From positions 616,008 to 680,007 of the forward strand of contig JBFWNU010000001.1 of assembly GCA_050250895.1 (NCBI GenBank): a DNA stretch of 64,000 nt, in the 5' to 3' direction. This DNA comes from Vulcanimicrobiota bacterium (lineage in GTDB: Bacteria > Vulcanimicrobiota > Xenobia > Xenobiales > JADMJV01). The translations under genes were made by a program, and so were the position numbers. How positions within the stretch are numbered: position 1 is the stretch's first letter; each line of letters opens with the position of its first letter. The notes beneath the pieces were generated by a model. It was not told the origin of the DNA. It did not search any database and saw only the letters and a program-made list of their open reading frames with translations. Shown here one piece after another: positions 1 through 9,074 of this stretch.

Positions 1-790
1 GACCCAGCATGAAACCGATGCCCAGACCGGGATAGGAATGGAAGGCATCGTTCGTTTTGAAATCTTTCCCGAAAGCCCTGACGACTTCGTCCTTATGGGA
101 GCCGATCTTGACGCCCTGCTTGGTGATGAAATCGCCGGTGGTCAACATGATGGCGTCGATGCGACCGCCGATGACCACGAAGCGCACGCCGTGCTGGCGA
201 TAAGCGATGATCTCCCCGCTGTGGTTGGAAAGGTCGGAGCGATGGTCCGGCTTGCCCCAGGCCTTTTCTACAGCCGCAAAGGGCGAGCCCAACTGAAGAT
301 CGCCGACCCGTTTGCCGGGCACGACCAGACGGTCGCCCAAAAGCGGCCGGTCCTTCTCGGGCTTGACCACATAAATGTGGGTCACCTTGCCGGCTTGGAA
401 GCTAAACGAGATGCCTCGCTCGGGATAGGAAACGTTGCCCGTCCCCCGGGCCAGGCCGGCGCCATAGAGCTTGCGCACGGTGGCTTCGGGCGTGCCCACC
501 CGGATCGACTCGGCGGTGGCATAGCTTGACGAGGTGACGGTGATTCCCAGGACGTTCTTGCTGGCATCGATGAGCAGAGCCATTCCGCGGGCGTCATAGA
601 ACTGCATAGAAGCCTTCTTGTCAGACTCGGCCTCGTTCACCCGTGAAGGTTTGCCGAGCACCTTCTGCGCCTCGCTGACGGGCTGACCGATACGAATGTC
701 CCCGGCGCGCTTGCCTCCCACGATGGTGGTGTCGGCGCAAACCGGCAGGACCAGAAAGGCGGATAGGACGATGGCTAGTAGAGTGCGCAT
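1..790 (-). CDS. Secreted hypothetical protein with a duplicated 'PGKRxGxxxxG...GKP' domain (3'-partial, runs off window)
   Basis: Read manually from ATG at 790: MRTLLAIVLSAFLVLPVCADTTIVGGKRAGDIRIGQ...; signal peptide; frame open to position 1; two internal repeats. Confidence 0.75.
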   Translation of the reverse strand, partial: MRTLLAIVLSAFLVLPVCADTTIVGGKRAGDIRIGQPVSEAQKVLGKPSRVNEAESDKKASMQFYDARGMALLIDASKNVLGITVTSSSYATAESIRVGTPEATVRKLYGAGLARGTGNVSYPERGISFSFQAGKVTHIYVVKPEKDRPLLGDRLVVPGKRVGDLQLGSPFAAVEKAWGKPDHRSDLSNHSGEIIAYRQHGVRFVVIGGRIDAIMLTTGDFITKQGVKIGSHKDEVVRAFGKDFKTNDAFHSYPGLGIGFMLG

Positions 791-816
791 GGCCCGCTGT
801 TTCGCGAACCGGCCGT

Positions 817-1302
817 TTACGGCCTCCAGGGTTCGACGTTGAACTCTACGGACAGTCGGTCTTTGCACTGGTGCGCGTAGATGCAAACCCGGCCGATCAG
901 ATCGACGGCCTCACCAGGATCCAGGTCCTTGAGCGGACGCAGGGCCACCACATAGACGTCTTCGCCGATGGTGGCCAGACTGGCCGTCACCATCTCGGCG
1001 TTGAAGTCGAGCAGGCGGCGATAGAAGCTCTCGAGCGCCCCTTCGGGAATCTTGACCAGTGGAGAACTGACCCTGATATAGCCCGTCTCGCCGGCTTGAA
1101 AGACGCTAATCACCAACATCTGATGGGGCGAAAACGGCAGCATCCACGAGCACGAGTCTTCTTCGTCGGTGAGCACGTGGCGGCCCGGATCCACGCCGTG
1201 AGAGCGCAGCAGATTCTCGACCAAAAGACGGGACTGAATCAGGGCACTACCTGGCCGAAAGATCTTGACGACCGAGGAGCCGTCTGACGAGGTTACCGAC
1301 AC
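817..1302 (-). CDS. YbjN/CesT-like (type III chaperone fold) protein
   Basis: 'SSPLVKIP...FYRRLLDFNAEM...ASLA..GEDV...RPLKDLD' pattern; start moved to GTG 1302 to avoid overlap with the divergent gene. Confidence 0.65.
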   Translation of the reverse strand: MSVTSSDGSSVVKIFRPGSALIQSRLLVENLLRSHGVDPGRHVLTDEEDSCSWMLPFSPHQMLVISVFQAGETGYIRVSSPLVKIPEGALESFYRRLLDFNAEMVTASLATIGEDVYVVALRPLKDLDPGEAVDLIGRVCIYAHQCKDRLSVEFNVEPWRP

Positions 1303-1388
1303 GCCATGAGAATTCGACAAATGGGGAGTTTCAGCCTTTGCCTCGAAGGATATGATAGTCTCCAGACCAAGGTTTGTAAGGAGAGGAC

Positions 1389-3179
1389 ATGACCATCGCC
1401 CAGGACAACGCAACACAATACGCGGGGGGAAGCTTTTTGCTGGAGGACTTTCCTCCGGCAGAACTGTTCACGCCCGACGAGCTGTCGGAAGAACACCGAA
1501 TGATTCGGGCCACCGCCGAGCGTTTCATGCTCGAAGAGGTCATGCCCAATGTCGATCGGATCGAGAGCAAAGACCTCGACTTCATGCGCAGCGTGCTGAG
1601 AAAGGCCGCCGACCTTGGTCTGTTGGGAGCCGAAATTCCCGAACGTTACGGCGGTCTTGCCCTCGACCTGCTGTCGCTGATGCTGATCGGGGAACAGATC
1701 TCGCGCCTGGCCTCTTTCTCGGTCTCGTTTGGCGCCCACGCCGGGATCGGCACGGCCCCCGTGCTCTACTTCGGCAACGAGCAGCAAAAGAGCAAGTACC
1801 TGCCCCTGCTGGCCAGCGGCGAGTTGCTCTCGTCGTATGCCCTGACCGAGCCCCATTCGGGCTCGGATGCTCTGGCCGCCCGGACTAAGGCCGTGCTCTC
1901 GGAAGACGGCACCCACTACATTCTCAACGGCAACAAAATGTGGATCACCAACGGCGGCTTCGCCGACCTGTCGATGGTCTTTGCCAAGGTCGACGGCGAC
2001 AAGTTCACCTGCTTCATCGTCGAGACCGCCTGGGAGGGCTTCGCCCCCGCCTCGGAAGAGAAAAAGATGGGCCTCAACGGCTCCTCGACCACGGGTCTGG
2101 TGCTCGAGAACGTCAAAGTGCCCGTCGAGAATGTCGTCGGCGAGATCGGCAAAGGTCATAAAGTGGCCCTCAACGTGCTCAACATCGGCCGCTTCAAACT
2201 GGGAGCCTGGTGCATCGCTGGCGCCAAGTTCGCCATCAACGACGCGATCAGCTACGCCCGCGAGCGCACTCAGTTCGGCAAGCACCTCCACGAGTTCGGC
2301 GCCATCAAGCAAAAGTTTGGGCAGATGCTGGTCTACACCTGGATCGGCGACGCCATGAACTATCGCACCGCTGGCCTCATCGACCGCAGTCTCAAGGCCC
2401 TCGACCCCGAAGACTACTCTGGTATCCTCAAGGGCATCGAAGAGTACGTCATCGAATGCGCCGTGCTCAAGGTCAAATGCAGTGAATTCCTCGACTTCGT
2501 GGTCGACGAGTGTGTCCAGATCTTCGGCGGCTACGGCTACTCTCGCGAGTATCCGGCCGAGCGCGCCTATCGCGACTCGCGCATCAACCGCATCTTCGAA
2601 GGCACCAACGAGATCAACCGCCTGACCATCACCGGCATGCTCTTGAAGCGCGCCATGGCCGGCCGCCTGATGCTGATGGACAGCCTGATGGAGATCCAGA
2701 CCGAACTCGAGCAAGGCGTCACCGAAGAGGCCGCCGCGGGCCCCATCGGCGCCGAGCGCGCCCTGGTCAAGGCCAGCAAGAAGGCCACCCTGTTGGCCGC
2801 CGGACTGGCCATCAACACCGTGGGCTTCGACCAGCCCGAAGAGAAACACCAGGAAGTGCTGATGCGCATCGCCGACCTGGTCATGGAAGTCTTCGCCCAG
2901 GACAGCGGCTGGCTGCGGTGCCAGAAGCTCGTCGACCAGCGGGGCGAGGCCGACAACGCCCTGCAGATCGATATCACTCGTGTCTTCATCCACCAGTCGG
3001 TTGCGCGCGTTCATCAGCTGGCCCGCCAGTTGCTGGCCGACGTGGTCGCCGACCCGGCCGAACTGAAGATGCACCTGGGCGCCATCGACCGCCTGATGGC
3101 TCACACCCCCATCAACACCGTCGAACCGCTGCGCCGCCTGGCCGACCGCGCCATCGAACTGGGACGCTATCCGTTCTAG
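1389..3179 (+). CDS. Long-form acyl-CoA dehydrogenase (FadE/YusJ-like)
   Basis: YALTEPHSGSDA, KMWITNGG, RTQFGK, QIFGGYGY, RIFEGTNEINR motifs; 596 aa; GAGAGGA upstream. Confidence 0.92.
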   Translation: MTIAQDNATQYAGGSFLLEDFPPAELFTPDELSEEHRMIRATAERFMLEEVMPNVDRIESKDLDFMRSVLRKAADLGLLGAEIPERYGGLALDLLSLMLIGEQISRLASFSVSFGAHAGIGTAPVLYFGNEQQKSKYLPLLASGELLSSYALTEPHSGSDALAARTKAVLSEDGTHYILNGNKMWITNGGFADLSMVFAKVDGDKFTCFIVETAWEGFAPASEEKKMGLNGSSTTGLVLENVKVPVENVVGEIGKGHKVALNVLNIGRFKLGAWCIAGAKFAINDAISYARERTQFGKHLHEFGAIKQKFGQMLVYTWIGDAMNYRTAGLIDRSLKALDPEDYSGILKGIEEYVIECAVLKVKCSEFLDFVVDECVQIFGGYGYSREYPAERAYRDSRINRIFEGTNEINRLTITGMLLKRAMAGRLMLMDSLMEIQTELEQGVTEEAAAGPIGAERALVKASKKATLLAAGLAINTVGFDQPEEKHQEVLMRIADLVMEVFAQDSGWLRCQKLVDQRGEADNALQIDITRVFIHQSVARVHQLARQLLADVVADPAELKMHLGAIDRLMAHTPINTVEPLRRLADRAIELGRYPF

Positions 3180-3182
3180 TTT

Positions 3183-3335
3183 GACGGTAGTCGTCAGACG
3201 GTAGAGCCCCGGCAACGCCGGGAATAGGGAGCCTCGGAGATCCGTCTCGAAGCGAGCGACAGCGAGCTTCGCTCCTCTTTCCCGGCAAGGCCGGGCTCCT
3301 CTCTCGGCCGAAGGCCGCTCCCCTCTCGCTGGCCC
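3183..3335. repeat. Intergenic multi-hairpin repeat (REP-like family) preceded by GACGGTA motifs
   Basis: Hairpins CCGGCAAGGCCGG and GGCCGAAGGCC separated by GCTCCTCTCTC/GCTCCCCTCTC spacers, the same vocabulary as 47562-47996. Confidence 0.6.
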
Positions 3336-3343
3336 AGCCAGCG

Positions 3344-4354
3344 TCAGGTTTGGCGCCAGGGTCGGTAGTCGTCGGGATGGTCGAAGCCGAAGGTCCAGGC
3401 CACCGCCTGGTGACAGTTCTTCATGTCGGGGGGAACGCGCAGCTGCGTCGTCTTGCCCGTAGAGGGGCAGGTCACCAGCACCAACATCAAGGGTTCATCC
3501 TCCATGGGCACTTCGACCAGACGGCGCGGGTAGCCTGAGGGCTCGAGGTCGAAATCGACCAGGCGACACGGTAGTTCTGCCAGGATGCGCTCGTAGCCGA
3601 TCAGCTCGATCAGCAAGTCGCGCCAGCCATCGCGAGCGTCAAGCAGGGCTGAGGCCGGAATCTGGGCCGGGTCTTTCAGGTGGGCGGGCAGAGCCTGGCC
3701 GTGGTTGGCCCAGAAGCCTGTGCCATCAGTCCATTGTAGCGCCGGTCGCCCGCGCGAATGAAGACGTCCTTCGGGGTCAAGATGAATGGCTCGAGGCGGC
3801 CGCAGGGCGATGACCTCGCCGGGCAACAACCAGGCACACCAGACGCCGGCTTCGATGACCCGACCGGCCAATTGCTCGAGCAGGCTGCCGGTGCCCGAGC
3901 GGCTGTGGTAGACCAGCCTCGGGGCCGTGGGCGTGGTCAGTCCAAGGGTCTGTGACCACAAGGCCAGGGCCACGTGTGCTTGAGCGGCCCGGGGCAGCAA
4001 CCAGGTGAGAGCCAGACGTTCTTTCCATCCAGCCACGGCCGCCGCCATGGTGGCTTGTTCCTGGTGCAACCCCGCGAGCCGAGCCGAAGCCAGCAGCGGC
4101 AACCGTCCGAAAGGCTCGAAGGTCCGGGCCGCCGCCTCGAGGGATTCTACCTCGATGACGGCTGGGGCGGGTTGGCGCAGGCCGCGCTGATAAAAGTCGA
4201 CCAGAGTGGCCTTGACCTGGTCGGTAGCCGCAAAACGGCCCCGCGCGAACTCCTGGCTGACGGCGGCCTCGTGCCGGCCGTGGTCCCGCCAACGGTCCAG
4301 ATAGGCACCGGCCTCGCGCCCCAATCGGCGGACTTTGCGGGCAAGGTCAATCAT
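3344..4354 (-). CDS. DUF6745-domain protein
   Basis: C-terminal 'LDPEGRLHSRGRPALQWTDG..HG', 'LVTCPSTGK..LRVPP...CHQAVAWTFG' signature; ATG 4354 overlaps the stop of the upstream partner gene. Confidence 0.75.
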   Translation of the reverse strand: MIDLARKVRRLGREAGAYLDRWRDHGRHEAAVSQEFARGRFAATDQVKATLVDFYQRGLRQPAPAVIEVESLEAAARTFEPFGRLPLLASARLAGLHQEQATMAAAVAGWKERLALTWLLPRAAQAHVALALWSQTLGLTTPTAPRLVYHSRSGTGSLLEQLAGRVIEAGVWCAWLLPGEVIALRPPRAIHLDPEGRLHSRGRPALQWTDGTGFWANHGQALPAHLKDPAQIPASALLDARDGWRDLLIELIGYERILAELPCRLVDFDLEPSGYPRRLVEVPMEDEPLMLVLVTCPSTGKTTQLRVPPDMKNCHQAVAWTFGFDHPDDYRPWRQT

Positions 4355-4625
4355 AGGCGGGCCGGGGCCTCTGGGGAGCGTACTCTCGTTGGCGCCGCAC
4401 GGCGTAGCTGCCCGGCTCGAGTTCCAGGGCGCGGTGCTCGTCATGGAGCAGGGCGGTGGCGCGGGCGACGGTGACGAAGAGTTGTCCGGCCTGGTCCTCG
4501 CACAGGCGCCCTTCGGCCAGACGGTGGTCATGTTCGCCAGCCAACACCACCAGTCCATCGACGGGTCGGGAATACTCGGAAAGCTGATCCACGGGGATGA
4601 GAAGGAGATCTCCCTGACGTTGCAT
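4347..4625 (-). CDS. Small conserved partner of DUF6745 (RQGD...HxH...HxEH...RQREY)
   Basis: MQRQGDLLLIP, GEHDHRL, LLHDEH, YAVRRQREY motifs; 92 aa. Confidence 0.8.
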   Translation of the reverse strand: MQRQGDLLLIPVDQLSEYSRPVDGLVVLAGEHDHRLAEGRLCEDQAGQLFVTVARATALLHDEHRALELEPGSYAVRRQREYAPQRPRPAYD

Positions 4626-4709
4626 GGCTCAAGTATAGCACCCGCTTGGCCCGAGCGCCGGTAGCGGAGGTCACAGAAGGTCGGCTGCGCTCGCAAACCG
4701 AAGCATCTC

Positions 4710-5261
4710 TTGGGTGGCAGGATTTTGAGAATTCCAATCGCGATTTTTCTGGGTCTCGTTGCAGTCTTGTTGGCCATCCTGGGCCTCCACGAGATCGGTA
4801 CTCCCACCGCCACCCGCCCTGGCGATTTCGATGGCACCGTGGGCATCGAAGTCCTGATCGATTGGGCTCCCGACCTGCAACGGATCGAAGAGGATCGCAC
4901 GGCCTGGTGGTGGCCTGGATGTCGCCAAGCCAGGCACTTTTACTATGGCAAGACCGGCGAACAGTTGGTCTGGCTCGATGTGATGCGGACCACCTACTCT
5001 GACAAACGTGCTCTCGACCGCGAGTTCACGCGCCAGAGCCAGGGCACAAAACTGTCCCAAATGAGCGTTAACGGCCAGACCTATCGCCTCGAATCCTCGG
5101 CCGACAGCGACCCCGATTCGGCGCTCTTGCTATTTAGCTACAATGACGAGCCCGTCGGGCTGCGCATCCTCCAGCGGAGGGGGTTCGAACTGGTCAGCAC
5201 CACCTTGATCGGGCTTTTCCCCGTGAGTGCCGAAGCGCGCGCGCGACTGGTGGCCCAATGA
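4710..5261 (+). CDS. Hypothetical membrane-anchored protein
   Basis: N-terminal hydrophobic helix; ATGA coupling to the next gene; start uncertain. Confidence 0.55.
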   Translation: MGGRILRIPIAIFLGLVAVLLAILGLHEIGTPTATRPGDFDGTVGIEVLIDWAPDLQRIEEDRTAWWWPGCRQARHFYYGKTGEQLVWLDVMRTTYSDKRALDREFTRQSQGTKLSQMSVNGQTYRLESSADSDPDSALLLFSYNDEPVGLRILQRRGFELVSTTLIGLFPVSAEARARLVAQ

Positions 5262-6328
5262 GCTGGGACGAGCCCTGCCCCGACTGCACGATCCAGGACG
5301 GAAGTGTCGTCTGGTGCGAAAAGTGCCTGGCCGACAACCCCTACCGAACGAACCTGATAGACCAGCCGAAAATTGGTCGCGAGACCAACATCATGGAAAG
5401 TCCCTTCGCCACCGGCTGTCCTAACTGCGAAATCGTGCTGGGCTCGTTGGTGCCCTGCCAGCAATGCCTGGCCAAAGGCGTCCAGCCCGGTCCGGCCAGC
5501 GAAGAGAATCGCACCAGAACGGTGCCCGTTCAACTGGAAGACTTCGAGGTGCCCGAGAGCGGGCCGGCCCCCTGGACCATCAGCGCACCGGATCGCTGGC
5601 TGGGCGGAATCATGATCACCGTCAGCGCAATGTTCGTCCTCTATCTGCTTCTTGCCCTAACAGTGCAGCCCGCCACGACCAGGCCCATGCCGTTGCAGGC
5701 CCTTAAAGTAGGTGGAGTTGCCGCTCAAGCGGGCCCGCCCCGGGGGCCTGATAGCAAAGGCAAGCAACTGTTGCGCGAAGGGGCGCGACTCATCAATGAG
5801 GGCCGCATTGCCGACGGAGAAAGTCTTGTCCATCAGTCGATCGATGCCCTCCAACGGGAAGGAGCGCCCGACCAGACCCTGGCGGCTTCACATTTTTGGC
5901 TGGCCGTAGCCTATGAGCGTCAGGGTGACTCAGAGAAGGCTCGCCGGTCTCTACAGACGGCAACGTCCCTCGATCCAGACAATCCCAGTTACCAGTTGGC
6001 CCGAATCACCAGCCATCGCAAGGCAGCCGAACAAAGCCGAGAACAGAGCATCAAAGACGTCCACGCCGTGGCCGAGCAAGCCATTCAGGCCATTGGGCAA
6101 GGCCATCATGCCGAGGGAGAGGCGGCCTTGCGCGCCGTCTTACAGGATTATGAGACCCTGGAAGCCCCGCCCCAACTCAAGGCGCAAGCACATGCCTTTC
6201 TGGGAGCGGCTTTGGCCGCCCAGGAGAAAAAGGCCGAGGCCCGCCGCGAGTTGGAAGCGGCCATGCGGCTCGACCCCCAACCCCGCTACCAGCAGGGCCT
6301 CGACGCCCTAAACCCAGATGATGCATAG
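5258..6328 (+). CDS. Double zinc-ribbon, TM helix and TPR protein
   Basis: CPDC/CEKC/CPNC/CQQC, one TM segment, TPR-like helices ending LDP. Confidence 0.7.
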   Translation: MSWDEPCPDCTIQDGSVVWCEKCLADNPYRTNLIDQPKIGRETNIMESPFATGCPNCEIVLGSLVPCQQCLAKGVQPGPASEENRTRTVPVQLEDFEVPESGPAPWTISAPDRWLGGIMITVSAMFVLYLLLALTVQPATTRPMPLQALKVGGVAAQAGPPRGPDSKGKQLLREGARLINEGRIADGESLVHQSIDALQREGAPDQTLAASHFWLAVAYERQGDSEKARRSLQTATSLDPDNPSYQLARITSHRKAAEQSREQSIKDVHAVAEQAIQAIGQGHHAEGEAALRAVLQDYETLEAPPQLKAQAHAFLGAALAAQEKKAEARRELEAAMRLDPQPRYQQGLDALNPDDA

Positions 6329-6401
6329 CCGGGCCGCCGGATTGCGGCGCTAGCCCGCTCAAATGCAAGGAGCCGGCGCCGCGGTGGCGCACTTTCTGGG
6401 T

Positions 6402-6911
6402 TTACACTAACTGACGATAGCGAGCCGCCTTCTCGACATAGTGCGCGGCCCCATAGCGCACTCGCTCGAGTTCTTCAGGCTTGAGTGGCCGCACCGCCCG
6501 GGCGGGAGACCCCATGTAGAGTTGACCCGACTCGAGCCGGGCTCGCTCGGGCACCAGCGCCCCCGCGGCCACAATCACGTCATCGGGAATGTGAGCATGA
6601 TTGAGCACGGTCGCTCGAATACCCACCAGCACCCGGTTACCTACAGTGCAGCCGTGCAGGATGGCTCCGTGTCCGATGACACAGTCCTCCCCGACGGTCA
6701 CCGGTAGCCCGGGGTCGACATGCACGATACAGCCCTCTTGCAGGTTCGAGCGGGCTCCGATGGTGATCCGATCGTTGTCGCCTCGCAGCACCGCCCCAAA
6801 CCAGACCGAACTCTCGGCTTCGAGCACGACCTGACCAATCAAGGTTGCATTGGGAGCCACGAAAACACCCGCACCCAGGGAAGGGGAATTTTTTTCATAT
6901 TCGAGCAGCAT
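6402..6911 (-). CDS. Gamma carbonic anhydrase family (YrdA/PaaY-like)
   Basis: SVWFGAVLRGD, IGARSNLQEG, IGHGAILHGC hexapeptide repeats. Confidence 0.92.
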   Translation of the reverse strand: MLLEYEKNSPSLGAGVFVAPNATLIGQVVLEAESSVWFGAVLRGDNDRITIGARSNLQEGCIVHVDPGLPVTVGEDCVIGHGAILHGCTVGNRVLVGIRATVLNHAHIPDDVIVAAGALVPERARLESGQLYMGSPARAVRPLKPEELERVRYGAAHYVEKAARYRQLV

Positions 6912-6983
6912 GGTTACGGGCGTTCTCGAGGCCGAACATCAGTCCTGCAGGTGCCTCGCGCGGCCGAATAGAAAGGCGGGCTG

Positions 6984-7544
6984 ATGTCAAACCAGCCCCA
7001 CAAATACGCCATTCTCGCTCTCTTGTTCGCACTCTTGATGGGATGTGGAGAGAAGGGACCGCCTTCTCAACCTCCGGCTACGTTCACCATCTTCAAGCAG
7101 AAAGTTGAGTTTTCTCCTCCGCCAGCCGACTGGAAGAAGCACACGCAGGCGATCGCAGAAAACGACAACGATATCATGGCGGTCGTCTTTGAGCCTGCCA
7201 GCGGTAAAGGTCATATCGCCGTCACCAACGAGCCCCTGGCCCCTGATGCCAAAGGCAACGTCGTCGAACTCGAAAACGATCAGGACACCCTCAACAAGAT
7301 CGCCATGGCCGTGATCAAGCGCGAGGGAGAGATCAGCAATCAGACCTACATCAAGGTCGATGGGCGCGACGCCTACCGCATGGAGTTCACCTACGGCAAC
7401 GGTAAACTCGAAATGCGAGGCATCGAGGTCCACTTCTCCAAGAACGGCTATCACTACGCCCTGGCCGTACACGCGCCAAAGGATGAATTCAAGTCCTACC
7501 AGCCCTACTTCGAGCAGGTGGTCAAGACCTTCAAAGTGCTGTAA
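6984..7544 (+). CDS. Lipoprotein, PsbP/DcrB-like fold
   Basis: Lipobox LMGC; PxxW, VDGRDAY, FEQVVKTFK pattern. Confidence 0.65.
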   Translation: MSNQPHKYAILALLFALLMGCGEKGPPSQPPATFTIFKQKVEFSPPPADWKKHTQAIAENDNDIMAVVFEPASGKGHIAVTNEPLAPDAKGNVVELENDQDTLNKIAMAVIKREGEISNQTYIKVDGRDAYRMEFTYGNGKLEMRGIEVHFSKNGYHYALAVHAPKDEFKSYQPYFEQVVKTFKVL

Positions 7545-7998
7545 GAGCCAACTCCAGGGCCGCCTGACAGGCTTGCCGGCGAACTTCTGAGCGAGAGCCA
7601 CCAAATTGGTGGCTCTCCGCTTTTTGGCCTCCGGGCCAAACCAGCGCCACATAGACCAGGCCCACCGGCTTGGTGAAGGTGGCCCCACCGGGGCCGGCAA
7701 TGCCGGTCAGTCCGAGGCCGACCTCGGCGCCCAGTCGCTCACAGGCTCCCTGAGCCATGGCCAGGGCCGTCTCGGGAGCAACGGCTCCAGTCTTTCTCAA
7801 GTGGGCTTCGTCAAGGCCGAGCACGCGACACTTGACCTCGTTCTCGTAAGCCACCACACCGCCCACAAACCAGGCTGAACAGCCGGGCTGTTCGGTCAGC
7901 GTGGCGCTCACCAGGCCGCCGGTGCACGACTCGGCCACGGCCACTCGCCAGCCGTGGCTCGCCAAGCGCTGACTCAGTTGTGCGACCAGTTCATCCAT
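7531..7998 (-). CDS. pncC: CinA C-terminal family / NMN amidohydrolase (PncC)
   Basis: VAESCTGG, PGCSAWF, TGIAGPGG, KPVGLV motifs. Confidence 0.88.
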   Translation of the reverse strand: MDELVAQLSQRLASHGWRVAVAESCTGGLVSATLTEQPGCSAWFVGGVVAYENEVKCRVLGLDEAHLRKTGAVAPETALAMAQGACERLGAEVGLGLTGIAGPGGATFTKPVGLVYVALVWPGGQKAESHQFGGSRSEVRRQACQAALELALTAL

Positions 7999-8007
7999 CT
8001 CATAGGC

Positions 8008-8041
8008 AAAAGGCCGGGAGCGTTGCGCCGCCGGCCTTTTT
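8008..8041 (-). terminator. Rho-independent terminator after acpP (bidirectional-type)
   Basis: AAAAGGCCGG...CCGGCCTTTTT inverted repeat. Confidence 0.7.
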
Positions 8042-8060
8042 CGCGATTGCGCGCTAAGGT

Positions 8061-8303
8061 CTAAGCTTCGACTTTGCGCTTTTCGATGTACTCGACCGCC
8101 TCTTTGACGCAGGTAATCTTCTCGGTATGGTCATCAGGAATCTCGAGGTCAAATTCGGTCTCGAAAGCCATCACCATCTCTACCGTATCAAGAGAATCCG
8201 CGCCGAGGTCTTCAACGAAGTGAGCGGTAGGAGTGACCTGCTCTGCCTCGACGCCGAGTTGTTCAATTACAATCTTTGTCACGCGTTCCTGAACGCTAGC
8301 CAT
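8061..8303 (-). CDS. acpP: Acyl carrier protein
   Basis: [11 protein letters not shown] motif; GGAGG RBS. Confidence 0.97.
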   Translation of the reverse strand: MASVQERVTKIVIEQLGVEAEQVTPTAHFVEDLGADSLDTVEMVMAFETEFDLEIPDDHTEKITCVKEAVEYIEKRKVEA

Positions 8304-8321
8304 ACTAACACCTCCGTTAGG

Positions 8322-9062
8322 TCACATCACCATTCCACCGTCAACATTAAAAACCTGCCCGGTAATGTAGGCACTCGTAGGGCTGACCAGAAAACTGACC
8401 AGGCGAGCGACCTCTTCGGCCTGGCCCATTCTGCCCATCGGAATCTGAGCCAGAATCTGCTGCTGCACCTTCTCGGGAAGACCACTGGTCATCTCGGTTT
8501 CGATGTAGCCGGGCGCAACGGCGTTTACGGTGATGTTTCTCGAAGCTAATTCCCTGGCAACGGACTGAGTAAACCCGATCAGACCCGCTTTCGAAGCGGC
8601 ATAATTGGACTGGCCGGCGTTGCCGATCTGGCCGATGACCGAGGTGATATTGACGATGCGACCGTAGCGTTTCTTGAGCATGGTTTTGGAAGCCGCGCGG
8701 GTGCAGAGAAAGGCCGACTTGAGATTGACGTTGAGCACCGTGTCCCAGTCGGAGTCCTTCATCCGAAGCAAGACCGTATCCCGGGTCACTCCCGCGTTGT
8801 TGACCAGGATGTCCAGTTGCGAAAACTCTTCGAGGGTGCGGGCAATGAGGGCATCGACCTGCTCGGAGTCGCTCACGTCGGTGGCCACGCACAGGGCGGT
8901 GCCGCCAGCCTGGGTGATCTGCCCGGCCACCTCTTCAAGCTGGTCCTGACTGCGCGACGCCAGGACGACTTTGGCGCCGCGGGCAGCCAATTCGAGGGCG
9001 ATGGCCCGCCCGATGCCGCGACCCGCGCCGGTGACGACCGCTACTTGATCTTGAAGCTCCAT
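8322..9062 (-). CDS. fabG: 3-oxoacyl-ACP reductase
   Basis: TGAGRGIG, NNAG, YAASKAG; fab context. Confidence 0.95.
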   Translation of the reverse strand: MELQDQVAVVTGAGRGIGRAIALELAARGAKVVLASRSQDQLEEVAGQITQAGGTALCVATDVSDSEQVDALIARTLEEFSQLDILVNNAGVTRDTVLLRMKDSDWDTVLNVNLKSAFLCTRAASKTMLKKRYGRIVNITSVIGQIGNAGQSNYAASKAGLIGFTQSVARELASRNITVNAVAPGYIETEMTSGLPEKVQQQILAQIPMGRMGQAEEVARLVSFLVSPTSAYITGQVFNVDGGMVM

Positions 9063-9074
9063 GAAACCTCCTTG

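Noticed and set aside
1293-3215. 640-aa minus-strand ORF (likewise 20998-22962, 23287-25152, 43592-44743, 47865-49262, 48916-50295, 57169-58299)
   Set aside because: Antisense shadows of well-supported genes, expected with high-GC codon bias
4355-4900. N-terminal extension of the 518-aa ORF 3344-4900
   Set aside because: Overlaps the RQGD gene and the divergent gene; ATG 4354 gives a coupled start
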